From: Macrostomum lignano | Lineage: Eukaryota | Length of the DNA stretch: 64,000 nt | Assembly: GCA_002269645.1 (NCBI GenBank) | Contig: NIVC01002826.1 | Span: forward strand, 1-64,000 | Direction: 5' to 3' | Shown here: piece by piece, positions 14,574-25,865 of the stretch | Layout: the number at the start of each line of letters is the position of its first letter | Numbering within the stretch: the stretch's first letter is position 1 | The notes under the pieces: generated by a model | The model's database searches: none | Told to the model about the DNA's origin: nothing | Seen by the model: only the letters and a program-made list of their open reading frames with translations | Translations under genes and position numbers: made by a program

Positions 14574-17500
14574 TATCCGTGCAGGCAGTCAGTCTATTTG
14601 TGAATTTTCTGGTGGATCTGAAGAAAACCCGTCCGGCACAGGATTAAAGAGAAAGAGACGATCTGTTTTGGGTGAGTATTATCTGCTGTAGAAGTATTGT
14701 ACACCAGAGTACTTGTGTTACTTGGTAGAGCACAATTCAAAAGCAATGCAACAATCTCAGTGGCATTGTTGGGACACAAGCTACAAACGCATTGAATAGT
14801 AAACACAGCCCAGCCTAGCTCAAGGCTAGTAATTTGTTGGGCATTTATTGGGACATTGCAGCCAGGCCTATTTTTTGAACAGCATTTGTTGGGTCGCACT
14901 TATTGGGACAATACTGATTCTAATCGCGACTACTTCTGAGTTCTGACTTTTCAAAACAGACCCAGCATTAGTTGAACACGTTCTATTAAAGGGTTCCTTT
15001 ATAGCCTATTAATGATTACTAAAGCAAGCCTATCTTAATTGATTTCTTTTCCTCGCAGATTCTGAAGTCAGCCACGCCAGCGACATGCCTAAGAGACAAG
15101 AATGCGCTTTAACGATCAGCAGCGAGCATTCTGATCTCGCCGCTGCATCCGTCATTTGGTTCACTTGCTGCTCACAAGCCGCAGCAGCAGCAGCCGCTAT
15201 CCGTGCAGGCAGTCAGTCTCTTTGTGAATTTTCTGGTGGATCTGAAGAAAACCCGTCCGGCACAGGATTAAAGAGAAAGAGACGATCTGTTTTGGGTGAG
15301 TATTATCTGCTGTAGAAGTATTGTACACCAGAGTACTTGTGTTACTTGGTAGAGCACAATTCAAAAGCAATGCAACAATCTCAGTGGCATTGTTGGGACA
15401 CAAGCTACAAACGCATTGAATAGTAAACACAGCCCAGCCTAGCTCAAGGCTAGTAATTTGTTGGGCATTTATTGGGACATTGCAGCCAGGCCTATTTTTT
15501 GAACAGCATTTGTTGGGTCGCACTTATTGGGACAATACTGATTCTAATCGCGACTACTTCTGAGTTCTGACTTTTCAAAACAGACCCAGCATTAGTTGAA
15601 CACGTTCTATTAAAGGGTTCCTTTATAGCCTATTAATGATTACTAAAGCAAGCCTATCTTAATTGATTTCTTTTCCTCGCAGATTCTGAAGTCAGCCACG
15701 CCAGCGACATGCCTAAGAGACAAGAATGCGCTTTAACGATCAGCAGCGAGCATTCTGATCTCGCCGCTGCATCCGTCATTTGGTTCACTTGCTGCTCACA
15801 AGCCGCAGCAGCAGCAGCCGCTATCCGTGCAGGCAGTCAGTCTCTTTGTGAATTTTCTGGTGGATCTGAAGAAAACCCGTCCGGCACAGGATTAAAGAGA
15901 AAGAGACGATCTGTTTTGGGTGAGTATTATCTGCTGTAGAAGTATTGTACACCAGAGTACTTGTGTTACTTGGTAGAGCACAATTCAAAAGCAATGCAAC
16001 AATCTCAGTGGCATTGTTGGGACACAAGCTACAAACGCATTGAATAGTAAACACAGCCCAGCCTAGCTCAAGGCTAGTAATTTGTTGGGCATTTATTGGG
16101 ACATTGCAGCCAGGCCTATTTTTTGAACAGCATTTGTTGGGTCGCACTTATTGGGACAATACTGATTCTAATCGCGACTACTTCTGAGTTCTGACTTTTC
16201 AAAACAGACCCAGCATTAGTTGAACACGTTCTATTAAAGGGTTCCTTTATAGCCTATTAATGATTACTAAAGCAAGCCTATCTTAATTGATTTCTTTTCC
16301 TCGCAGATTCTGAAGTCAGCCACGCCAGCGACATGCCTAAGAGACAAGAATGCGCTTTAACGATCAGCAGCGAGCATTCTGATCTCGCCGCTGCATCCGT
16401 CATTTGGTTCACTTGCTGCTCACAAGCCGCAGCAGCAGCAGCCGCTATCCGTGCAGGCAGTCAGTCTCTTTGTGAATTTTCTGGTGGATCTGAAGAAAAC
16501 CCGTCCGGCACAGGATTAAAGAGAAAGAGACGATCTGTTTTGGGTGAGTATTATCTGCTGTAGAAGTATTGTACACCAGAGTACTTGTGTTACTTGGTAG
16601 AGCACAATTGAAAAGCAATGCAACAATCTCAGTGGCATTGTTGGGACACAAGCTACAAACGCATTGAATAGTAAACACAGCCCAGCCTAGCTCAAGGCTA
16701 GTAATTTGTTGGGCATTTATTGGGACATTGCAGCCAGGCCTATTTTTTGAACAGCATTTGTTGGGTCGCACTTATTGGGACAATACTGATTCTAATCGCG
16801 ACTACTTCTGAGTTCTGACTTTTCAAAACAGACCCAGCATTAGTTGAACACGTTCTATTAAAGGGTTCCTTTATAGCCTATTAATGATTACTAAAGCAAG
16901 CCTATCTTAATTGATTTCTTTTCCTCGCAGATTCTGAAGTCAGCCACGCCAGCGACATGCCTAAGAGACAAGAATGCGCTTTAACGATCAGCAGCGAGCA
17001 TTCTGATCTCGCCGCTGCATCCGTCATTTGGTTCACTTGCTGCTCACAAGCCGCAGCAGCAGCAGCCGCTATCCGTGCAGGCAGTCAGTCTCTTTGTGAA
17101 TTTTCTGGTGGATCTGAAGAAAACCCGTCCGGCACAGGATTAAAGAGAAAGAGACGATCTGTTTTGGGTGAGTATTATCTGCTGTAGAAGTATTGTACAC
17201 CAGAGTACTTGTGTTACTTGGTAGAGCACAATTGAAAAGCAATGCAACAATCTCAGTGGCATTGTTGGGACACAAGCTACAAACGCATTGAATAGTAAAC
17301 ACAGCCCAGCCTAGCTCAAGGCTAGTAATTTGTTGGGCATTTATTGGGACATTGCAGCCAGGCCTATTTTTTGAACAGCATTTGTTGGGTCGCACTTATT
17401 GGGACAATACTGATTCTAATCGCGACTACTTCTGAGTTCTGACTTTTCAAAACAGACCCAGCATTAGTTGAACACGTTCTATTAAAGGGTTCCTTTATAG

Positions 17501-17676
17501 CCTATTAATGATTACTAATGCAAGCCTATCTTAATTGATTTCTTTTCCTCGCAGATTCTGAAGTCAGCAACGCCAGCGACATGCCTAAGAGACAAGAATG
17601 CGCTTTAACGATCAGCAGCGAGCATTCTGATCTCGCCGCTGCATCCGTCATTTGGTTCACTTGCTGCTCACAAGCC

Positions 17677-17718
<42 letters not shown>

Positions 17719-17742
17719 GCTATCTGTGCAGCAGTCAGTTAA
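1..17742. repeat. 624-bp tandem macrosatellite-like array, 28 full units plus one divergent terminal unit; starts before the window
   Basis: The same ATGCCTAAGAGA recurs at 69, 692, 1316 ... 16957, 17581 with a 624-bp period. Exceptions: 623 after 69 and after 5078, 642 after 3812, 648 after 14437. Units are almost identical. Confidence 0.99.
44..17742 (+). CDS. Putative 3' portion of a repeat-protein gene: about 28 identical 79-codon phase-1 exons plus a terminal exon (17555-17742)
   Basis: Each unit has the acceptor ttcttttcctcgcag| (e.g. exon 666-902) and the donor G|gtgagt. The exon is 237 nt, open in only one frame, and phase 1 at both ends (junction G+AT=Asp). The terminal unit reads into TAA at 17740-17742, with AATAAA at 17863. 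Two units (exon at 44-279 and the unit with ATG 5078) carry 1-nt deletions. No homology recognised. Confidence 0.45.
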
Positions 17743-17945
17743 TTCATGAGTTTTTTGGCGGAGCTGGTTATTTTTTTAATTTTCTGAATCGAGAAGCCGA
17801 TTAACTGCTGTGTGCTTCACTGGAATATTATTTAGAGGACGCATTTTTTGCAGTCTGTTTCTAATAAAATCCGGTGCAATGACCGCGGTAGAGCTCTAGC
17901 ATTTGCTTTTTATAGTATTTGTGTATATTCTTTTTCAAGCTATGC

Positions 17946-18196
17946 TGGAATTGTTGGGACAGCCCTATCCACACTGGCTATGGTGGAATTGTTGGGACAG
18001 CCCTATCCACACTGGCTATGGTTGAATTGTTGGGACAGCCCTATCCACACTGGCTATGGTGGAATTGTTGGGACAGCCCTATCCACACTGGCTATGGTTG
18101 AATTGTTGGGACAGCCCTATCCACACTGGCTATGGTGGAATTGTTGGGACAGCCCTATCCACACTGGCTATGGTGAAATTGTTGGGACAGCCCCAT
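17946..18196. repeat. 38-bp minisatellite (GAATTGTTGGGACAGCCCTATCCACACTGGCTATGGT-like), about 6.5 copies
   Basis: Direct reading; unit starts at 18061 and 18099. Confidence 0.95.
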
Positions 18197-19163
18197 ACTA
18201 TAGTGTGTGCTGGCTTCTGCTATAGTGTGGTTCATTTCCGCATCCTTTTACGTAGCATTCTGTGGGTCCGAATAGCTGACATGTACCTTTTGAGTAATTC
18301 TAGTGATTGTGTCATAATCAATAAAGTACATTTTTATGAACAGTGGAGTTTCGCTACAGAATTGTTTTTTCCCAGTGGCACTAAATGTAGCAAATTTTGT
18401 TTATTCAGATCGTAAAATTTTTTTGATATGTGTCAATGTCGTTTGTCTTCGATAACCTTAAAGTCCCTTGCCATTTACCATCCTGTCTTCTATAATCTAT
18501 GATCGCTGAAATTATCTGGTGAAATTTGACGCGCTGATATTATTGCCTTAGTGGAATTCAGCAAGACACCAGGGTTTTTTAATTCTGTTTTAGACAAGTA
18601 TACATGTACAATCTGTTGTGAGTTCAATGCACCTCGAAAAATGCTTTCCAACTGTTTTCAGTAAGCCAAAAGCATGTTGTCAATAAAAATCTATTTGGTG
18701 GGTTGAAAATTGCCTGTGTGGGGACGTGTGTGTGTGTGATTTTTCGTGTGTCGGAGCAGTCCCAATATGTGCAAGTTTTTGCACACTTGGCCAATAAGTG
18801 CCTCGTGCACGTTTGTGTGTGTGTGTGTGTGTTGCCAATAGAAATGGCCAGGTGAATCCTAAGGTTGCGCCCAAGCATGACTATAAATATAGGTGCTACT
18901 GGGCAACCAGTCATATTGTTGAATATAATTGTATGTTTTTAAGTAGTAGCTGACTAAAAACTTAAGAGGACTTGTAAATTATTTTCTTCATACCCCCTTC
19001 TAGTTTTCTAGTGATATCCCCACAGTTTTAACCATAGACAGTTGCTAAAAGACAGTTGTTGTTTCACTTTCTTACACACCTTGGCACTATTTCAATTTCA
19101 TGCTTTTCTAAATGCTACAAAGGTTTCCACAACATACTATTATCATTTTTTGTCATTTAAAGT

Positions 19164-19606
19164 GAGAGCACAAACTTTACCAGCTAGAAAATTGCTAGCC
19201 AAGAAAGTTGCCAGCTAGAAAGTTGCCAGCCAAGAACTTTGCCAGCTGGAAAGTTGCTAGCTGAGAACTTTGCAAGCCGGAAAGTTGCTAGCTGGGAAAG
19301 TTGCCAGTCAAGAACTTTGCTAGCTAGAAAGGTTGCTAGCCAGAAAGTTGCTAGCCGGAAAGTTGCCAGCCAGAAGGTTGCCAACTAGCAACTTTCCAGC
19401 TAGCAACCTTCTGGCTGGCAGAAACCTTCCTAGCTGGCAACTTTCCAGCTAGCAACCTTCCAGCTGGCAAAGTTCTTGGCTGGCAACTTTCTTGTCTAGC
19501 AACTTTTTGGCTGGCAACTTTCTTGGCTAGCAACTTTCTGGCTGGCAACTTTTTTGGCTAGCAACTTTCCGGCTAGCAACTTTCTAGCTGGCAAAGTTTG
19601 TAGACC
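19164..19606. mobile_element. Foldback/MULE-like non-autonomous palindromic element with internally repetitive arms
   Basis: The left arm is built of CCAGCTAGAAAGTTG-like modules and the right arm of their reverse complements. The ends ACAAACTTTACCAGCTAGAAA and TTTCTAGCTGGCAAAGTTTGT differ by 1 mismatch. A 10-bp direct repeat CATTTAAAGT lies at 19154-19163 and 19607-19616. Confidence 0.65.
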
Positions 19607-21794
19607 CATTTAAAGTTAGTATTGTTTGTGTTCAAATGAAAAATTAATTTAATGAATGAAAGAGGAAAATTGCTTGATATCTTGGCATATATGTTGCCTT
19701 CCAAACTATAAGGCCTAAGCTATCCTTATTGTATAATAAGGCCTACTTTTGTTATATTGTTATCAACATATAATTGATCTCAACTAGGCTATAGTCCATT
19801 ATTTTCTAATAGTTTTATAGGATGTATATTAGAATGGCAACAATAAAATGGCTACATTATCTGCATATAACCATTTAGTATTTTTCTGGTTGTTATGCTA
19901 TGATATAAATGAAATTTTTGGGAATCCTCTCCACGAAATAGAAATTGTCTCTGTGAAACTGAACACTATCAAAATCCTCTTTATAAAACTGGACTCAATC
20001 AAAATTTTCTCTGTCAAACAGAACTCAACTCTCAGGATTCATTGGTTTTAAGGATTAGGATTAGAGCTACACACAGCAGCATGTAAAAAGGCGCGGCTAG
20101 AAATTGAACCAATTAAATCAATTGATTGCGTAACCAATTTCTTAGTCAGTCAGCATTAGTCTCAGTTAAAGTTAACAAAAAGATTGTGCAATATAAATCA
20201 ACCCTCTAATATACAGTGACTGACCCTCTTCCAATATGCAGTGGTAATTAGAAATTGAACCCACAAACTATTAGGGGGTCAGTCAAACCCCCACTGAATA
20301 CCCAAAATGAGTACAATCTTTGCAAAAGTTAAAAGTATAGAAATCATTTTTCAAATGCTGTGCTCTTTCTTTTCATATTTAAAGCAAACAACTTATATCC
20401 ATGAACTCAGTGTTGCAAGATATTTCTAGCAATATAAGTCTCTCAAAGTCTAATACTTAAAGAACAGTTAGCATTTGAAATTTCCCAAGTCCCCAACTGC
20501 TTGCTACATTGAGACAGAGGCTCGCAAGTTTATTCATTGAATTTCACTGCCTAGCAAGACACAAGGCTGCAAATTGAAAGGTGCCAATAATAAAACCAAT
20601 TGAATCTTGGCACAATCCTTGCTATCTGTTTACATTGTACAATTGCTATGTACACTCAGCCCAACCCTCTCCCCATTCTGGGGAAATAATTAAATTTAAC
20701 TCAACCCCCAACATGTGGGTGAGGGGTTTGTTTGCATTGATCAAATAACATGTGCACCCCCCTCAATACATTTTGATAAATTTTGTATCAAATTCATTAT
20801 TTGATACCAAATAGATAATAACAAAAATATAAAGAAATAGAAATCCTAAAAATAAAAAACTAAAGGGTCTAAAGGTTATATCATGGTAATAAAAACAAAA
20901 GTTTGTAGAATAGGATCTTTATATTAATTTGTGTTTTACTATGCCTATAATTAGAGTAGTCCTTAAGGATATATATTTGGCTACAAAAGTGAGGACAAAT
21001 GTTGAGTCCAACAAATTGAGCAAAACTATTTTAGTTTCCTATTTGGACACTATCCCAATTAATATCAAAGAGACAGTCATTGGAACAAACAGGCAATTAG
21101 ACAAAGTCATTAGAAGATATTGCAGTTATAATTCCTAGAAGAAAGCAGCAGACTTTGGTGCAAAATTAATTGTAAATCAACTATTCATTAGCACATAAAA
21201 CCTAAAGTTGGCACCCTTCTTATTTTTGTTTTACAACATATTAATAAATTGTCCATTTAGGATATTGTATAATAAAAGTAAATATAAGGATTGTGCTCTA
21301 GTCAGCTACAAGTAGGATTATTGCAATAGGCTATATGCCTATATATATTTCAATTCTTACTATTCTCCATTGGGTATTGTATAACAAAATTGGCATAAGT
21401 AATCAATTGGGATATAGGTATTATTAGACAAAAGAATGCCCCAAATTATATACAATTAAAATTTTACTTTCTTTATTTTTGTTTATGGCCCTTTTGTTAT
21501 GCTAGCCATTCTGGCTCTATGGCTATTTAATTATGTGGTCATTTTGGCCCTGTGGCCATTTGGTTGTTTGGCCATTCTACATGTGGCTTTTTGACAATAC
21601 CCTAGTTTTTTAAGATAATATTTAACAGTATATACTTTTTGTATATTTATTATATTATGTAAATCAAACCAATTTAATCTCCTTGGTTTATTTTTAATTG
21701 TACCTTTAGGCTTCAGATAGCCTATTTAGAGTCTATACTCAGTCTTACCATTAATATAATTTGATTTACTTGAGTAGTCTGATTTTCGTTAGGC

Positions 21795-23346
21795 ATGGCT
21801 GGTTCCAGCAGGTAGTTCCTCTTATATTTATATTATATCATATAATTTTTTTTGCTTTTTCTTAATTTCTTTTCTTCATTTTTAAGTTGGTCTATTTTTT
21901 TCTAGTTAATAATTGTATATTAACTAGAGGATATGGCTTGGCTTGCTAACCCAAAATTTATAAATTGACCTTTTTAATTTCATAGAAAATTATTGAAATT
22001 TAGCATAAAATTGCCACCATGCAAGGTTGATCATAGTTACCTTGGTAATACTTTGGTGATAGTCACCTCAGTGACATCTATTTCATTAATAGGTTAGGCC
22101 TACTTTGATACCAAATGTGTGTAGAACATTCACTGTCTATTATTTTTATAATTTTTATGTTTTTTAAAGTTGATAAAAGACATGCAAATTTTTATGACAT
22201 GATCACATAGTCTAGATCATAAAAATAAAAAAGTAAATTTTAAACACTTAAATGCCAAGACTTAGTGTAAAGTTCCATGTATGTATGGCCATATGCACTC
22301 ATTTTGTCAACTGGGGGGAGGGAGTCTTATACCTAGTCATTTTGTCAACTGGGGGAGTGAGTCTTATACCTAGTCATTTTGTCAACTGGGGGAGTGAGTC
22401 TTATACCTAGTCATTTTGTCAACTGGGGGGGAGGGAGTCTTATACCTAGTCATTTTGTCAACTGGGGGGAGTGAGTCTTATACCTAGTCATTTTGTCAAC
22501 TGGGGGGAGGGAGTCTTATACCTAGTCATTTTGTCAACTGGGGGGAGTGAGTCTTATACCTAGTCATTTTGTCAACAAACCACCAGGCCTAGGCATACAA
22601 ATGGGACCGGGATTAATTGATAGCAGTCAATTTATCAACAAGGCAGACTTGCCTAAAGTTGTTTCTTTAACTTAAAGATTTGACTTCTGGGTTATAATAG
22701 TAATTTTCCATTGCATGATTCAATAATGAACAATCCTAATGAGCATGGATTGCCTCTGCCATTGAGTAAATGTAAGCTTGAACTTATTTTGTTTGACTTA
22801 AATGTTAAGCATGTATGTGATACAGAGAATACATAGACTACCTTCTCCCTTCACACCGTCACAGCCCTAGACCTGGTAAAGGCATTTCTAGCCAAGGCTC
22901 AGTCAGACACCAAACCGCCCGAGTGCGCTGAACTGCCAGACAGCAACGAGGATGCTGTAATAGATGAGGCTAACAATCAGTCAGAATCAGATGATGAGCT
23001 AACTGAAGAGCAGGAGGAGGCCAATGGCAAAGTAATAGAGATGCAGTTGCAACTGTATGAGCGGCCAGATGATGCTGATGATGATGACAGTTCCTCAGCC
23101 TCATCTTCGTCAGATTCATCCGGCAGCAGCGAAGCGAATGCTGAACAAGTTGAAGATGCTGGCACTGACGCTGACGGGCACAAGCCTGCATCCTGCAGCT
23201 GCGCAGCCGGCTCGCTAGTGCCCTGCGAATCTGCCGCCTGTCCCAGGAAGCTCATTTCGGCTACTAGAAATGGGCGCCGGCGTCGCTTCCTCATTGTCGG
23301 TTCAGGCCAGCCAGCCAAGAAACCTAATATTGAGGAATTGTCTTAG
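21795..23346 (+). CDS. NOPCHAP1: NOPCHAP1/C12orf45 (DUF4598)-like protein, about 185 aa, 3 exons (21795-21811, 21986-22044, 22865-23346)
   Basis: The GT-AG junctions give a consistent frame (phase 2, then phase 1): MAGSSRKLLKFSIKLPPCKVDHSYLALDLVKAFLAKAQ...GKVIEMQLQLYE...acidic/Ser tract...KKPNIEELS*. LDLVKAFL and KVIEMQLQLYE resemble the family motifs as I recall them (LDQVQTFL, KVIQMDVALFE). Confidence 0.55.
22299..22576. repeat. 39-41-bp minisatellite (CATTTTGTCAACTGGGGG(G)AG(G/T)GAGTCTTATACCTAGT), about 7 copies, in intron 2 of the NOPCHAP1-like gene
   Basis: Direct reading; the G-run length varies between copies. Confidence 0.95.
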
Positions 23347-23409
23347 ATAGACGCTTCTGACACTGTGTACAGGTTGCAGAAGAATGCTTCACTCTGCCCG
23401 CTTCGCCCC

Positions 23410-24468
23410 AATCTCTTACTGTATGGTCACTCATCCTATGGTCACTCATCCTGTTGTCACTCACCCTATGGTCACTCACTCTATGGTCACTCATCCTATG
23501 GTCACTCACTCTATGGTCACTCATCCTATGGTCACTCACTCTATGGTCACTCATCCTGTGGTCACTCATCCTGTTGTCACTCATCCTATGGTCACTCACT
23601 CTATGGTCACTCATCCTGTTGTCACTCACCCTATGGTCACTCACTCTATGGTCACTCACTCTATGGTCACTCACTCTATGGTCACTCATCCTATGGTCAC
23701 TCACTCTATGGTCACTCATCCTGTGGTCACTCATCCTGTTGTCACTCATCCTATGGTCACTCACTCTATGGTCACTCACTCTATGGTCACTCACCCTATG
23801 GTCACTCACTCTATGGTACCTAGTCACCCTATGGTCACCACCCTATGGTCACTCACGACACTCACCCTATGGTCACTCATCCTGTTGTCACACCCTATGG
23901 TCACTCATCCTGTTGTCACTCACCCTATGGTCACTCATCCTGTTGTCACTCATCCTGTTGTCACTCATCCTATGGTCACTCACTCTATGGTCACTCACTC
24001 TATGGTCACTCACCCTATGGTCACTCACTCTATGGTCACTCACCCTATGGTCACTCATCCTGTTGTCACTCACCCTATGGTCACTCATCCTGTTGTCACT
24101 CACCCTATGGTCACTCACTCTATGGTCACTCATCCTATGGCCACTCACTCTATGGTCACTCATCCTGTGGTCACTCATCCTGTTGTCACTCATCCTATGG
24201 TCACTCACTCTATGGTCACTCACTCTATGGTACCTAGTCACCCTATGGTCACCACCCTATGGTCACTCACCCTATGGTCACTCACCCTATGGTCACTCAC
24301 TTTATGGTACCTAGTCACCCTATGGTCACCACCCTATGGTCACTCATCCTATGGTCACTCACCCTATGGTCACTCACCCTATGGTCACTCACTCTATGGT
24401 CACTCACCCTATGGTCACTCACCCTATGGTCACTCACCCTATGGTCACTCACTCTGTGGTCACTCACC
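23410..24468. repeat. 15-bp minisatellite (GGTCACTCATCCTAT and variants), about 70 copies
   Basis: Direct reading; it produces the 5-aa periodic ORFs (SDHRV, VTHPM). Confidence 0.97.
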
Positions 24469-24883
24469 GGTAATCTGTGACCTACCTCTGAGTCCGACCA
24501 GCTCCTCACTCACTGGCCAGCGAAATGTGGCAGAGTCAAGCATTTTAGTTGTCCTTAGTGCTTAGTTGTCCATATTCTTTTTTGTTATATTTCATTATAA
24601 TATATGCCTTACAATGTCTGCTAAATCTTACGAACTCAATGAAGCACTCTTGTTGGTGAAATGGTGTGTGAAAAATGAATAGATTTTAATAATAAAAATG
24701 CGATTGCATTTGATTTGTTAAATTAAAATTTGTTGCATTTTAGGAGTACCAAATTTCAATTTGGCCTATTTTGGTGTATTTCTGTCTGACTTGCACTTTT
24801 GAGTTGTTTAAAAACACAGAAAAAATCTCTGGACTTTTCAGTGATGTTACGCTGTGTTTCCATTTTTTGTGAGTGGCTTACTT

Positions 24884-25755
24884 TGGGTCACTGCTATGTC
24901 CTCAGACTGGATCACTCCCGTGTTCTTAGGCTGGGTCACTCCCGTGTCCTCAAACTGGGTCACTCCCGTGTCCTCAGACTGGGTCGCTCCCGTGTTCTTA
25001 GGCTGGGTCACTCCCGTGTCCTCAGACTGGATCACTCCCGTGTTCTTAGGCTGGGTCACTCCCGTGTCCTCAGGCTGGGTCACTCCCGTGTCCTCAGGCT
25101 GGGTCGCTCCCGTGTCCTCAAACTGGGTCACTCCCGTGTCCTCAGACTGGGTCGCTCCCGTGTTCTTAGGCTGGGTCACTCCCGTGTCCTCAAACTGGGT
25201 CGCTCCCGTGTCCTCAGGCTGGGTCACTCCCGTGTCCTCAGGCTGGGTCACTCCCGTGTCCTCCGGCTGTGTCACTCCCGTGTCCTCAGGCTGGGTCACT
25301 CCCGTGTCCTCAGGCTGTGTCACTCCCGTGTCCTCCGGCTGTGTCACTCCCGTGTCCTCAGGCTGGGTCACTCCCGTGTCCTCAGGCTGGGTCACTCCCG
25401 TGTCCTCAGGCTGGGTCAATCCCGTGTCCTCAGGCTGGGTCACTCCCGTGTTGTCAGGCTGGGTCACTCCCGTGTCCTCCGGCTGTGTCACTCCCGTGTC
25501 CTCAGGCTGGGTCACTCCCGTGTCCTCAGGCTGGGTCACTCCCGTGTCCTCAGGCTGGGTCACTCCCGTGTCCTCAGGCTGGGTCACTCCCGTGTTCTCA
25601 GGCTGGGTCACTCCCGTGTTCTCAGGCTGGGTCACTCCCGTGTTCTCAGGCTGGGTCAGTCCCGTGTTGTCAGGCTGGGTCACTCCCGTGTTCTCAGGCT
25701 GGGTCACTCCCGTGTCCTCAGGCTGGGTCACTCCCGTGTCCTCAGGCTGGGTCAT
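24884..25755. repeat. 24-bp minisatellite (CTCAGGCTGGGTCACTCCCGTGTC), about 36 copies
   Basis: Direct reading; 8-aa periodic ORFs in several frames. Confidence 0.97.
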
Positions 25756-25865
25756 CCTCCGGTTCAAATACCCCAGACGATTCGGTTTAGCAGCACTGAA
25801 ACTCAGGCATAAACTGCAACCATTGCAGAGGTCACCGCTAGGCGCTCACCTGTGCCGCAGCAATT

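Noticed and set aside
804-17395. Minus-strand 101-116 aa ORFs (MRPNKCCSK...) in each 624-bp unit
   Set aside because: They have no supporting splice or homology signal, overlap the AT-rich putative intron, and are truncated by a single SNP in five units.
1-17742. SL RNA, snRNA, 5S rRNA or histone tandem gene cluster
   Set aside because: I could not recognise any 5S/snRNA sequence, Pol III boxes, an SL exon ending at a donor with a canonical Sm site, or a histone ORF.
19620-21780. AT-rich stretch with short ORFs (19848, 20929)
   Set aside because: No motifs or consistent splice model; treated as intergenic.
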